In this document: piece by piece, positions 27,001 through 42,410 of the stretch | How the letters are laid out: every line of letters starts with the position of its first letter | How positions within the stretch are numbered: position 1 is the first letter of the stretch | Assembly: GCF_009914755.1 (NCBI RefSeq) | Contig: NC_060940.1 | DNA from: the human T2T-CHM13v2.0 reference genome, Homo sapiens | Reading direction: 5' to 3' (one strand) | Length of the DNA stretch: 64,000 nt | The notes under the pieces: generated by a model | Database searches by the model: none | Seen by the model: the letters and a program-made list of their open reading frames with translations, nothing else | What the model was told of the DNA's origin: nothing | Made by a program: the position numbers and the translations under genes

Positions 27001-30000
27001 TGATTCCATTCGATGATGATTCCATTCGAGTCCATTCGATGATTTCATTCGAGTACATCCAATGATTCCATTCGAGTCCATTAGATGATTCCATTTGATT
27101 CCATTTGATAATGATTCTACTAGAGTCCATTCAATGACTCCATTCGAGTCCATTCAACAGTTCCATTCGACTCCATTCGATGATTCCATTCGATTCCATT
27201 TGATGGTTCCATTCGAGTCCATTTAATCATTACAGTCGAGTCCATTTGGTGATTCCACTGGATTTCTTTTGATAATGATACCATTCAATTACATTTGATG
27301 ATGATCCCATTCAATTTCATTTGATGATGATTCCATTAGAGTCCATTCGATGATTTCATTCGAGTCCCTTCATTGATTCCATCCGATTTCATTGGATGAT
27401 GACTCCATTCGAGTCCATTCGATGATTCCACTCGATTCCATTAGATGACTCCATTGGAGTCCATTTGATTGTTCCATTCGATTCCATTCGATTCCTTTCG
27501 AAGATTATTCCATTTGAGTCCATTCGATGGTGATTCCATTCCATTCCATTCGATGATTCCGTTTGATTCCATTCGATGATTCCCTTCGATTCCTTTCTTT
27601 GATGATTCCATTCCATTCCATTCAATGATTCCATTCGAATCTATTCCATGATGATTCCTTTCGATTCCATTCGCTGATGTTTCCGTTCAATTCCATTCGA
27701 TGATGATTCCATTCGATTCCATTCATTGAGGATTCCATTTGATTCCATTCAATGATGATTCCATTCTATTCCATTCAATGATTGCATTCAATTCCATTCA
27801 ATGATTATCCCCTTAGAGTAAACTCAACGATTCCATTCAATACCATTCGATGATGATTCCTTTTGAGTCCATTCAATGATTTCATTCAAGTCCATTTGAT
27901 GATTCCTTTCAATTCCATTCTATGATGATTCCATTCGAGTCCATTCGATGATTCCATTCGATTGCATTCGATGATTCCATTATATTCCATTCAACGGTGA
28001 TTCCATTCGAGTCCATTCCATGATTCCATTAGAGTACATTTAATGATTGCTTTGTTTTCAATTCGAAGATGATTACATTGGATTCCATTCTATGATACCA
28101 TTCGATTCCATTCAATGATGATTCCACTCAAATCCATTGGATGATTCCATTCGTGTCCATTCGGTGATTTCATTAGATTCCATTCGAGGATGATTCCATT
28201 CGATTCCATTCGATGATTCCATTCAATTCCATTCGATGATGATTCCATTCCAGTCCATATGATCATTCCATTTGATTTCATTCGATGATGATTCCATTCG
28301 ATTCCATTCGACGATTCCATTCTATTCCATTCGATGATGATTCCATTCGAGTCCATTCGATGATTCCATTCGAGTCCATTTAATGATTCCATTGGGTTCA
28401 ATTCAATGATGATTACATTGGATTCCGTTCTATGATTCCATTCAACTCCGTTCATTGACAATTTGATTCCATTCGATGATGATTCCATTTGAGTTCATTC
28501 GATGATTCTATTCGATTCTCTTCGATGGTGATTCAATTCTATTATATTGGATGATTCCATTCGATTCCATTTGATGTTGATTCAATTCGATTCTATTCGA
28601 TGATGATTCCATTGGATTTCACTTGATGATTCTATTCGATTCCATTCAATGATGATTCACTTCTCGTCCATTGGATGATTCCATTTCATTCCATTCGATG
28701 ATGATTCCATTCGATTCCATTCGATGATTCCTTTTGATTCCATGCGACGGTGAGCAATTCGATTCAATTCCATGATGATTCTATTTGATTCAATTAGATG
28801 ATGTTTCCATTCGAATCCATTCCATGATTATTCCATTGGAATCCATTCGGCGATGATTCCATATGAGTCAATTCAATGATGATTCCATATGGGTCCGTTC
28901 GATGATAATTCCATTTGATTTCATTCGATGCTTCTATTCTATTCCAGTCGATGATGATTCCGTTGGAGTCCATACGATGATTCCATTTGATTTCATTTGA
29001 TGATGATTCCATTCGATGATGATTACATTGGATTCCATTCTATGATTCCATTCAATTCCATTCGTTGATGATTCGATTCCATTCAATGATGATTCCATTT
29101 GAGTTCATTCGATGATTCTATTCGATTCCGTTCGATGGTGATTCAATTCTATTATATTGGATGATTCCACTCGATTCCATTTGATGATTATTCCATTGGA
29201 GTCCACTTAGTGAATCCTTTAGATTCTACTCGACGATGATTCCATTCGAGTCCATTCGATGATACCATTCAATTCCATTCGTTGATGCTTCCATTCAAGT
29301 GCATTCGATGATATCATTCGATTCCATTTGATGATAATTCCATTTGATTCCATGCGATGATTCTATTCGATTCCATTCAATGATAATTCCATTCAATTCA
29401 GTGATTCCTCTGGACTCCATTTGATGATGATTCCATTCAATGATTCCATTCGATTCTATTCGAAAATGATTCCATTTGAATCCATTTGATGATGATTCCA
29501 TTAGATTCCATTTGATGATTCCATTCGATTCCATTCGACGATGATTCCATTCGATTCCGTTTGATGATTCCATTCTATTCTATTCGATGATGATTCCATT
29601 CGATTCCATTTGATGATGATTGGATTCGATTCCATTTGATGATTTCATTTGATTCCATTCGTTAATGATTTTGATCAATTCCATTCGATGATTCCATTCG
29701 ATTCCATTCGATAATGATTACATCCGGGTCCATTCGATGATTCCCTTTGAGCCTGTTCGATAATTCCATTTGAGTCCAACCAATGATTCCATTCATTTCC
29801 ATTCAATGATTCCATTCGAGTCCATTTGATCATTCCGGTAGGGTCCATTCGATGTTGATTCCATTGGAGTGCATTCGATGATTCCATTCGAGTCCATTTT
29901 AGGATTTGATTCGAGTCCTTTCGATGATTCCATTCGATTCCACTCGATGATGATTTCATTCGAGTCCATTCGACACTTCCAATCGATTCCATTTGATGAT

Positions 30001-30186
30001 TCCATTCGAGTCCAATTGATGATTCCATTCAATTCCATTCGATGATGATTCCGTACGATTCCATTCTGTGATGATTCCATGTGATTGCATTCAATGATGA
30101 TTCCTTTCGATTGCATTCGATTATGATTCATTTCGTGTTCATTCTATGGTTCCACAGGTTTCCATTCGTGTCCATTCCATTATTCC
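24075..30186 (+). repeat. HSat2 6,112-bp unit 5
   Basis: ORF offset 24113 to 30225 = 6112. Confidence 0.95.
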
Positions 30187-33100
30187 ATTCTATTCCATTT
30201 GATGATGATTCCATTCGATTCCATTCATTGGTGATTCCACTCAATTCCATTCAATGATTCCATTCCATTTCTTTCAACAATGATTCCATTAGTTTCTAAT
30301 CGATGATCCACTTGATTCCATTTGACGACGATTCCATTCTTGTCCATTCGATGATTCCATTTGATTCCATATGATGATGATTCCATTCGATTCCATACCA
30401 TGATGATTCCATTCGAGTCCATTCAATGGTGATTCCATTCAATTCCATTCGATGATTCCTTTCGATTCCATTCGATGATGATGGCATTCGATTCCTTTCA
30501 ATCATTCCCTTTGATTCCATTCAAAGGTGATTTCATTCAAGTCCATTCGATAATTGCATTCGATTCCATTCTATGATGATTCCATTCGAGTCCATTTGAT
30601 GATTCCATTCAATTCAAGTCAATGATGATTCCATTCGATTCCATTCGATGATTCCATTGGATTCCATTCGGTGATGATTCCATTCAAATCCATTCGATAA
30701 TTCAATTCAAGTCCATTCGATGATGATTCCAATCGAATCCATTCAAAGATTCCATTCAGTTCCATTCGATGATTCCCTTAGATTCCATTAGATGATCCAA
30801 CTTGATTGCATTTACGATGATTCCATTCGATTCCATGTGATGATTCCATTCAATTCTATTCAATGATGTCTCCATTTGATTCCATTCGACCATGATTGCC
30901 TTTGATTCCATTCAATGATTCCATTCGGTTCCGTTTGATGATGATTCCGTTCGATTCCATTTGATGATTCCATTTGATTCCATTGGATGAGTCCATTCGA
31001 TTACATTCGATGATTATTCCATTCGAGTGCATTAGATGATTCCATTCGAGTCCATTCGATGATTCCATTCGATTCCATTCGATGTTGATTCTGTTCAAAT
31101 CCATTCGATGATTCCACTCGATTCCATTCGTTGACTCCATTTGATCCCATTTGATGATTTCCTTTGATTCCCTTTGATGATCATTCCATTTGATTCAATT
31201 CGGTGATTTCATTTGATTCCATTCAGTGATGTTTCCATTCGACTCCATTCGATGATGATTCCATTCGACTCCATTCGATTATGATTTCATTCAATTCCAT
31301 TCGATAATGATTCCCTTCGAGTCCATTCGATGATTCCATTCGATTCCATTCAACGATGATTTGATTCGTGTCCATTCGATGATTCCATTTGATTCCACTT
31401 GATGATGATTCCATTCGAGTCCATTTGATGATTCCATTCAATTCCATACTCCGATGATTTCTTTTGAGCCCACTCAATGCTTCCACTCGATTCCATATGA
31501 TGATGACTCCATTCGATGAAATTCGATGATGATTCCATTCGCTTGCTTTCGATGATGATTCCACTTGAGTCCGTTAGAAGATTCTATTCAATTACATTCC
31601 AGGACGATTCCGTTCGAGTCCATTTGATGATTCCATTAGACTCCATTCGACGATGATTCCATTCGATGTTATTCGATGATTCCATTCGATCTCATTCGAT
31701 GATGATTCCATTCAACTCCATTCGATGTTTCCATTCGAGTTCATTCTATTATTCCTTTAGATTCCATTCGATGATGATTCCATTCGATTCCATTTGATGA
31801 TTGCATTCTATTTCATTTGATGATGATTCCATTCGAGTCCACTCGATGATTCCATTCGAGTCCATTTAATGAATCCATTGGTTTCAATTCTATGATGATT
31901 ACATTGGATTCCATTCGTTGATGATTTCATTCGGTTCCATTCAATGATGATTCCATTCAATTCCTTTCAATGTTTCCATTCAATTCCATACGATGATGAT
32001 TCCATTTGATTTGATTCGACAGTGAGCCATTCGATTCAATTCCATGATGATTCTATTTGATTCAATTGGTTGACATTTCCATTCGATTCCATTCGATGAT
32101 GATTCCCTTTGATTCCGTTCAAAGATGATTCCATTCTAGCCCATTCAATCATTCCATTCGATTCTATTCAATGATGATTCCATTCATGTCGATTTGGTGA
32201 TTCCATTTGACTTCATTTGATGATGATTCCTTTCAAGTTCATTAGATGATTCCATTCGATTCCATTTGATGATGATCCCATTCGAGTCCATTCAGTGATT
32301 CCATTCGTTTCCATTCCATGATGATTCCATTCCTTTCCATTCAATGATTCCATTCGATTCCGTTTGATGATGATTTCATTCGAGTCCATTTGATGATTCC
32401 ATTTGATTCCATTCGATGATGATTCCATTCGAGTCCATTCGATGATTCTATTCGAATCCATTTGATGATTTCTTTTGATTATATTTGGTGATTATTCCAT
32501 TGGAGTCCATTTAATGATTCCATTCTATTCCAATCGATGATGATTCCATTAGAGTCCATTTAATGATTCCATTTGATTCCAGTCTCTGATGATTACATTC
32601 GAGTCCATACGATGATTCCACTCAATTCCATATGATGATGATTCCATTTGATTCCATTCGGTGATTCCGTTCTATTCTATTCAATGGTGATTCCATTCGA
32701 GTACATTAGATGATTCCATTCGATTCCATTCAATGATGATTCTATTTGTGTCCCTTAGATGATTCCACATGATTCCATTAGATGATGATACTATTTGAGC
32801 CCATCCAATGATTCCCTTCGATTCCATTCGATGAGGATTCCATTCGATTCAATTCATTGGTGATTCTATTCAATTCAATTCTTTGATTCCATTCCATTCC
32901 ATTCGACAATGATTCCATTCGATTTCTTTCGATGATTCCACTCGATTCCACTTGACATTGATTCCATTCGATTCCATTCAATGATTCCATTTGATTCCAG
33001 TGGATGATGATTGCCATCGATTCCATTCGATCACTCCATTCTATTCCATTTGATGATGATTACATTCGATTCCATTTGATGATTCCATCTGATTCTATTC

Positions 33101-36100
33101 GAGGATTCCATTTGATTCCATTCGATGATGATTCCATTCGAGTCCATTCGATGATTTCATTCGAGTACATCCAATGATTCCATTCGAGTCCATTAGATGA
33201 TTCCATTTGATTCCATTTGAAAATGATTCTACTAGAGTCCATTCAATGACTCCATTCGAGTCCATTCAACAGTTCCATTCGACTACATTCGATGATTCCA
33301 TTCGATTCCATTTGATGGTTCCATTCGAGTCCATTTAATCATTACAGTCGAGTCCATTTGGTGATTCCACTGGATTTCTTTTGATAATGATACCATTCAA
33401 TTACATTTGATGATGATCCCATTCAATTTCATTTGATGATGATTCCATTAGAGTCCATTCGATGATTTCATTCGAGTCCCTTCATTGATTCCATCCGATT
33501 TCATTGGATGATGACTCCATTCGAGTCCATTCGATGATTCCACTCGATTCCATTAGATGACTCCATTGGAGTCCATTTGATTGTTCCATTCGATTCCATT
33601 CGATTCCTTTCGAAGATTATTCCATTTGAGTCCATTCGATGATGATTCCATTCCATTCCATTCGATGATTCCGTTTGATTCCATTCGATGATTCCCTTCG
33701 ATTCCTTTCTTTGATGATTCCATTCCATTCCATTCAATGATTCCATTCGAATCTATTCCATGATGATTCCTTTCGATTCCATTCGCTGATGTTTCCGTTC
33801 AATTCCATTCGATGATGATTCCATTCGATTCCATTCATTGAGGATTCCATTTGATTCCATTCAATGATGATTCCATTCTATTCCATTCAATGATTGCATT
33901 CAATTCCATTCAATGATTATCCCCTTAGAGTAAACTCAACGATTCCATTCAATACCATTCGATGATGATTCCTTTTGAGTCCATTCAATGATTTCATTCA
34001 AGTCCATTTGATGATTCCTTTCAATTCCATTCTATGATGATTCCATTCGAGTCCATTCGATGATTCCATTCGATTGCATTCGATGATTCCATTATATTCC
34101 ATTCAACGGTGATTCCATTCGAGTCCATTCCATGATTCCATTAGAGTACATTTAATGATTGCTTTGTTTTCAATTCGAAGATGATTACATTGGATTCCAT
34201 TCTATGATACCATTCGATTCCATTCAATGATGATTCCACTCAAATCCATTGGATGATTCCATTCGTGTCCATTCGGTGATTTCATTAGATTCCATTCGAG
34301 GATGATTCCATTCGATTCCATTCGATGATTCCATTCAATTCCATTCGATGATGATTCCATTCCAGTCCATATGATCATTCCATTTGATTTCATTCGATGA
34401 TGATTCCATTCGATTCCATTCGACGATTCCATTCTATTCCATTCGATGATGATTCCATTCGAGTCCATTCGATGATTCCATTCGAGTCCATTTAATGATT
34501 CCATTGGGTTCAATTCAATGATGATTACATTGGATTCCGTTCTATGATTCCATTCAACTCCGTTCATTGACAATTTGATTCCATTCGATGATGATTCCAT
34601 TTGAGTTCATTCGATGATTCTATTCGATTCTCTTCGATGGTGATTCAATTCTATTATATTGGATGATTCCATTCGATTCCATTTGATGTTGATTCAATTC
34701 GATTCTATTCGATGATGATTCCATTGGATTTCACTTGATGATTCTATTCGATTCCATTCAATGATGATTCACTTCTCGTCCATTGGATGATTCCATTTCA
34801 TTCCATTCGATGATGATTCCATTCGATTCCATTCGATGATTCCTTTTGATTCCATGCGACGGTGAGCAATTCGATTCAATTCCATGATGATTCTATTTGA
34901 TTCAATTAGATGATGTTTCCATTCGAATCCATTCCATGATTATTCCATTGGAATCCATTCGGCGATGATTCCATATGAGTCAATTCAATGATGATTCCAT
35001 ATGGGTCCGTTCGATGATAATTCCATTTGATTTCATTCGATGCTTCTATTCTATTCCAGTCGATGATGATTCCGTTGGAGTCCATACAATGATTCCATTT
35101 GATTTCATTTGATGATGATTCCATTCGATGATGATTACATTGGATTCCATTCTATGATTCCATTCAATTCCATTCGTTGATGATTCGATTCCATTCAATG
35201 ATGATTCCATTTGAGTTCATTCGATGATTCTATTCGATTCCGTTCGATGGTGATTCAATTCTATTATATTGGATGATTCCACTCGATTCCATTTGATGAT
35301 TATTCCATTGGAGTCCACTTAGTGAATCCTTTAGATTCTACTCGACGATGATTCCATTCGAGTCCATTCGATGATACCATTCAATTCCATTCGTTGATGC
35401 TTCCATTCAAGTGCATTCGATGATATCATTCGATTCCATTTGATGATAATTCCATTTGATTCCATGCGATGATTCTATTCGATTCCATTCAATGATAATT
35501 CCATTCAATTCAGTGATTCCTCTGGACTCCATTTGATGATGATTCCATTCAATGATTCCATTCGATTCTATTCGAAAATGATTCCATTTGAATCCATTTG
35601 ATGATGATTCCATTAGATTCCATTTGATGATTCCATTCGATTCCATTCGACGATGATTCCATTCGATTCCGTTTGATGATTCCATTCTATTCTATTCGAT
35701 GATGATTCCATTCGATTCCATTCGATGATGATTGGATTCGATTCCATTTGATGATTTCATTTGATTCCATTCGTTAATGATTTCGATCAATTCCATTCGA
35801 TGATTCCATTCGATTCCATTCGATAATGATTACATCCGAGTCCATTCGATGATTCCCTTTGAGCCTGTTCGATAATTCCATTTGAGTCCAACCAATGATT
35901 CCATTCATTTCCATTCAATGATTCCATTCGAGTCCATTTGATCATTCCGGTAGGGTCCATTCGATGTTGATTCCATTGGAGTGCATTCGATGATTCCATT
36001 CGAGTCCATTTTAGGATTTGATTCGAGTCCTTTCGATGATTCCATTCGATTCCACTCGATGATGATTTCATTCGAGTCCATTCGACACTTCCAATCGATT

Positions 36101-36298
36101 CCATTTGATGATTCCATTCGAGTCCAATTGATGATTCCATTCAATTCCATTCGATGATGATTCCGTACGATTCCATTCTGTGATGATTCCATGTGATTGC
36201 ATTCAATGATGATTCCTTTCGATTGCATTCGATTATGATTCATTTCGTGTTCATTCTATGGTTCCACAGGTTTCCATTCGTGTCCATTCCATTATTCC
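30187..36298 (+). repeat. HSat2 6,112-bp unit 6
   Basis: ORF offset 30225 to 36337 = 6112. Confidence 0.95.
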
Positions 36299-39200
36299 AT
36301 TCTATTCCATTTGATGATGATTCCATTCGATTCCATTCATTGGTGATTCCACTCAATTCCATTCAATGATTCCATTCCATTTCTTTCAACAATGATTCCA
36401 TTAGTTTCTAATCGATGATCCACTTGATTCCATTTGACGACGATTCCATTCTTGTCCATTCGATGATTCCATTTGATTCCATATGATGATGATTCCATTC
36501 GATTCCATACCATGATGATTCCATTCGAGTCCATTCAATGGTGATTCCATTCAATTCCATTCGATGATTCCTTTCGATTCCATTCGATGATGATGGCATT
36601 CGATTCCTTTCAATCATTCCCTTTGATTCCATTCCAAGGTGATTTCATTCAAGTCCATTCGATAATTGCATTCGATTCCATTCTATGATGATTCCATTCG
36701 AGTCCATTTGATGATTCCATTCAATTCAAGTCAATGATGATTCCATTCGATTCCATTCGATGATTCCATTGGATTCCATTCGATGATGATTCCATTCAAA
36801 TCCATTCGATAATTCAATTCAAGTCCATTCGATGATGATTCCAATCGAATCCATTCAAAGATTCCATTCAGTTCCATTCGATGATTCCCTTAGATTCCAT
36901 TCGATGATTCCACTTGATTGCATTTACGATGATTCCATTCGATTCCATGTGATGATTCCATTCAATTCTATTCAATGATGTCTCCATTTGATTCCATTCG
37001 ACCATGATTGCCTTTGATTCCATTCAATGATTCCATTCGGTTCCGTTTGATGATGATTCCGTTCGATTCCATTTGATGATTCCATTTGATTCCATTGGAT
37101 GAGTCCATTCGATTACATTCGATGATTATTCCATTCGAGTGCATTAGATGATTCCATTCGAGTCCATTCGATGATTCCATTCGATTCCATTCGATGTTGA
37201 TTCTGTTCAAATCCATTCGATGATTCCACTCGATTCCATTCGTTGACTCCATTTGATCCCATTCGATGATTTCCTTTGATTCCCTTTGATGATCATTCCA
37301 TTTGATTCAATTCGGTGATTTCATTTGATTCCATTCAGTGATGTTTCCACTCGACTCCATTCGATGATGATTCCATTCGACTCCATTCGATTATGATTTC
37401 ATTCAATTCCATTCGATAATGATTCCCTTCGAGTCCATTCGATGATTCCATTCGATTCCATTCAACGATGATTTGATTCGTGTCCATTCGATGATTCCAT
37501 TTGATTCCACTTGATGATGATTCCATTCGAGTCCATTTGATGATTCCATTCAATTCCATACTCCGATGATTTCTTTTGAGCACACTCAATGCTTCCACTC
37601 GATTCCATATGATGATGACTCCATTCGATGAAATTCGATGATGATTCCATTCGCTTGCTTTCGATGATGATTCCACTTGAGTCCGTTAGAAGATTCTATT
37701 CAATTACATTCCATGACGATTCCGTTCGAGTCCATTTGATGATTCCATTAGACTCCATTCGACGATGATTCCATTCGATGTTATTCGATGATTCCATTCG
37801 ATCTCATTCGATGATGATTCCATTCAACTCCATTCGATGTTTCCATTCGAGTTCATTCTATTATTCCATTAGATTCCATTCGATGATGATTCCATTCGAT
37901 TCCATTTGATGATTGCATTCTATTTCATTTGATGATGATTCCATTCGAGTCCACTCGATGATTCCATTCGAGTCCATTTAATGAATCCATTGGTTTCAAT
38001 TCTATGATGATTACATTGGATTCCATTCGTTGATGATTTCATTCGGTCCCATTCAATGATGATTCCATTCAATTCCTTTCAATGTTTCCATTCAATTCCA
38101 TACGATGATGATTCCATTTGATTTGATTCGACAGTGAGCCATTCGATTCAATTCCATGATGATTCTATTTGATTCAATTGGTTGACATTTCCATTCGATT
38201 CCATTCGATGATGATTCCCTTTGATTCCGTTCAAAGATGATTCCATTCTAGCCCATTCAATCATTCCATTCGATTCTATTCAATGATGATTCCATTCATG
38301 TCGATTTGGTGATTCCATTTGACTTCATTTGATGATGATTCCTTTCAAGTTCATTAGATGATTCCATTCGATTCCATTTGATGATGATCCCATTCGAGTC
38401 CATTCAGTGATTCCATTCGTTTCTATTCCATGATGATTCCATTCCTTTCCATTCAATGATTGCATTCGATTCCGTTTGATGATGATTTCATTCGAGTCCA
38501 TTTGATGATTCCATTTGATTCCATTCGATGATGATTCCATTCGAGTCCATTCGATGATTCTATTCGAATCCATTTGATGATTTCTTTTGATTATATTTGG
38601 TGATGATTCCATTGGAGTCCATTCAATGATTCCATTCTATTCCAATCGATGATGATTCCATTAGAGTCCATTTAATGATTCCATTTGATTCCAGTCTCTG
38701 ATGATTACATTCGAGTCCATACGATGATTCCACTCAATTCCATATGATGATGATTCCATTTGATTCCATTCGGTGATTCCATTCTATTCTATTCAATGGT
38801 GATTCCATTCGAGTACATTAGATGATTCCATTCGATTCCATTCAATGATGATTCTATTTGTGTCCCTTAGATGATTCCACATGATTCCATTAGATGATGA
38901 TACTATTTGAGCCCATCCAATGATTCCCTTCGATTCCATTCGATGAGGATTCCATTCGATTCAATTCATTGGTGATTCTATTCAATTCAATTCTTTGATT
39001 CCATTCCATTCCATTCGACAATGATTCCATTCGATTTCTTTCGATGATTCCACTCGATTCCACTTGACATTGATTCCATTCGATTCCATTCAATGATTCC
39101 ATTTGATTCCAGTGGATGATGATTGCCATCGATTCCATTCGATCACTCCATTCTATTCCATTTGATGATGATTACATTCGATTCCATTTGATGATTCCAT

Positions 39201-42200
39201 CTGATTCTATTCGAGGATTCCATTTGATTCCATTCGATGATGATTCCATTCGAGTCCATTCGATGATTTCATTCGAGTACATCCAATGATTCCATTCGAG
39301 TCCATTAGATGATTCCATTTGATTCCATTTGAAAATGATTCTACTAGAGTCCATTCAATGACTCCATTCGAGTCCATTCAACAGTTCCATTCGACTCCAT
39401 TCGATGATTCCATTCGATTCCATTTGATGGTTCCATTCGAGTCCATTTAATCATTACAGTCGAGTCCATTTGGTGATTCCACTGGATTTCTTTTGATAAT
39501 GATACCATTCAATTACATTTGATGATGATCCCATTCAATTTCATTTGATGATGATTCCATTAGAGTCCATTCGATGATTTCATTCGAGTCCCTTCATTGA
39601 TTCCATCCGATTTCATTGGATGATGACTCCATTCGAGTCCATTCGATGATTCCACTCGATTCCATTAGATGACTCCATTGGAGTCCATTTGATTGTTCCA
39701 TTCGATTCCATTCGATTCCTTTCGAAGATTATTCCATTTGAGTCCATTCGATGATGATTCCATTCCATTCCATTCGATGATTCCGTTTGATTCCATTCGA
39801 TGATTCCCTTCGATTCCTTTCTTTGATGATTCCATTCCATTCCATTCAATGATTCCATTCGAATCTATTCCATGATGATTCCTTTCGATTCCATTCGCTG
39901 ATGTTTCCGTTCAATTCCATTCGATGATGATTCCATTCGATTCCATTCATTGAGGATTCCATTTGATTCCATTCAATGATGATTCCATTCTATTCCATTC
40001 AATGATTGCATTCAATTCCATTCAATGATTATCCCCTTAGAGTAAACTCAACGATTCCTTTCAATACCATTCGATGATGATTCCTTTTGAGTCCATTCAA
40101 TGATTTCATTCAAGTCCATTTGATGATTCCTTTCAATTCCATTCTATGATGATTCCATTCGAGTCCATTCGATGATTCCATTCGATTGCATTCGATGATT
40201 CCATTATATTCCATTCAACGGTGATTCCATTCGAGTCCATTCCATGATTCCATTAGAGTACATTTAATGATTGCTTTGTTTTCAATTCGAAGATGATTAC
40301 ATTGGATTCCATTCTATGATACCATTCGATTCCATTCAATGATGATTCCACTCAAATCCATTGGATGATTCCATTCGTGTCCATTCGGTGATTTCATTAG
40401 ATTCCATTCGAGGATGATTCCATTCGACTCCATTCGATGATTCCATTCAATTCCATTCGATGATGATTCCATTCCAGTCCATATGATCATTCCATTTGAT
40501 TTCATTCGATGATGATTCCATTCGATTCCATTCGACGATTCCATTCTATTCCATTCGATGATGATTCCATTCGAGTCCATTCGATGATTCCATTCGAGTC
40601 CATTTAATGATTCCATTGGGTTCAATTCAATGATGATTACATTGGATTCCGTTCTATGATTCCATTCAACTCCGTTCATTGACAATTTGATTCCATTCGA
40701 TGATGATTCCATTTGAGTTCATTCGATGATTCTATTCGATTCTCTTCGATGGTGATTCAATTCTATTATATTGGATGATTCCATTCGATTCCATTTGATG
40801 TTGATTCAATTCGATTCTATTCGATGATGATTCCATTGGATTTCACTTGTTGATTCTATTCGATTCCATTCAATGATGATTCACTTCTCGTCCATTGGAT
40901 GATTCCATTTCATTCCATTCGATGATGATTCCATTCGATTCCATTCGATGATTCCTTTTGATTCCATGCGACGGTGAGCAATTCGATTCAATTCCATGAT
41001 GATTCTATTTGATTCAATTAGATGATGTTTCCATTCGAATCCATTCCATGATTATTCCATTGGAATCCATTCGGCGATGATTCCATATGAGTCAATTCAA
41101 TGATGATTCCATATGGGTCCGTTCGATGATAATTCCATTTGATTTCATTCGATGCTTCTATTCTATTCCAGTCGATGATGATTCCGTTGGAGTCCATACG
41201 ATGATTCCATTTGATTTCATTTGATGATGATTCCATTCGATGATGATTACATTGGATTCCATTCTATGATTCCATTCAATTCCATTCGTTGATGATTCGA
41301 TTCCATTCAATGATGATTCCATTTGAGTTCATTCGATGATTCTATTCGATTCCGTTCGATGGTGATTCAATTCCATTATATTGGATGATTCCACTCGATT
41401 CCATTTGATGATTATTCCATTGGAGTCCACTTAGTGAATCCTTTAGATTCTACTCGACGATGATTCCATTCGAGTCCATTCGATGATACCATTCAATTCC
41501 ATTCGTTGATGCTTCCATTCAAGTGCATTCGATGATATCATTCGATTCCATTTGATGATAATTCCATTTGATTCCATGCGATGATTCTATTCGATTCCAT
41601 TCAATGATAATTCCATTCAATTCAGTGATTCCTCTGGACTCCATTTGATGATGATTCCATTCAATGATTCCATTCGATTCTATTCGAAAATGATTCCATT
41701 TGAATCCATTTGATGATGATTTCATTAGATTCCATTTGATGATTCCATTCGATTCCATTCGACGATGATTCCATTCGATTCCGTTTGATGATTCCATTCT
41801 ATTCTATTCGATGATGATTCCATTCGATTCCATTCGATGATGATTGGATTCGATTCCATTTGATGATTTCATTTGATTCCATTCGTTAATGATTTCGATC
41901 AATTCCATTCGATGATTCCATTCGATTCCATTCGATAATGATTACATCCGAGTCCATTCGATGATTCCCTTTGAGCCTGTTCGATAATTCCATTTGAGTC
42001 CAACCAATGATTCCATTCATTTCCATTCAATGATTCCATTCGAGTCCATTTGATCATTCCGGTAGGGTCCATTCGATGTTGATTCCATTGGAGTGCATTC
42101 GATGATTCCATTCGAGTCCATTTTAGGATTTGATTCGAGTCCTTTCGATGATTCCATTCGATTCCACTCGATGATGATTTCATTCGAGTCCATTCGACAC

Positions 42201-42410
42201 TTCCAATCGATTCCATTTGATGATTCCATTCGAGTCCAATTGATGATTCCATTCAATTCCATTCGATGATGATTCCGTACGATTCCATTCTGTGATGATT
42301 CCATGTGATTGCATTCAATGATGATTCCTTTCGATTGCATTCGATTATGATTCATTTCGTGTTCATTCTATGGTTCCACAGGTTTCCATTCGTGTCCATT
42401 CCATTACTCC
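36299..42410 (+). repeat. HSat2 6,112-bp unit 7
   Basis: ORF offset 36337 to 42449 = 6112. Confidence 0.95.

Larger units (their letters stand above)
1..42410 (+). repeat. 42,410-bp super-repeat (6 x 6112 + 5738); second copy begins ~42411 and runs off the window
   Basis: The deletion junction and unit-specific variants recur at exactly +42,410 (7861 to 50271; 1489 to 43899; 18566 to 60976). Confidence 0.88.
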
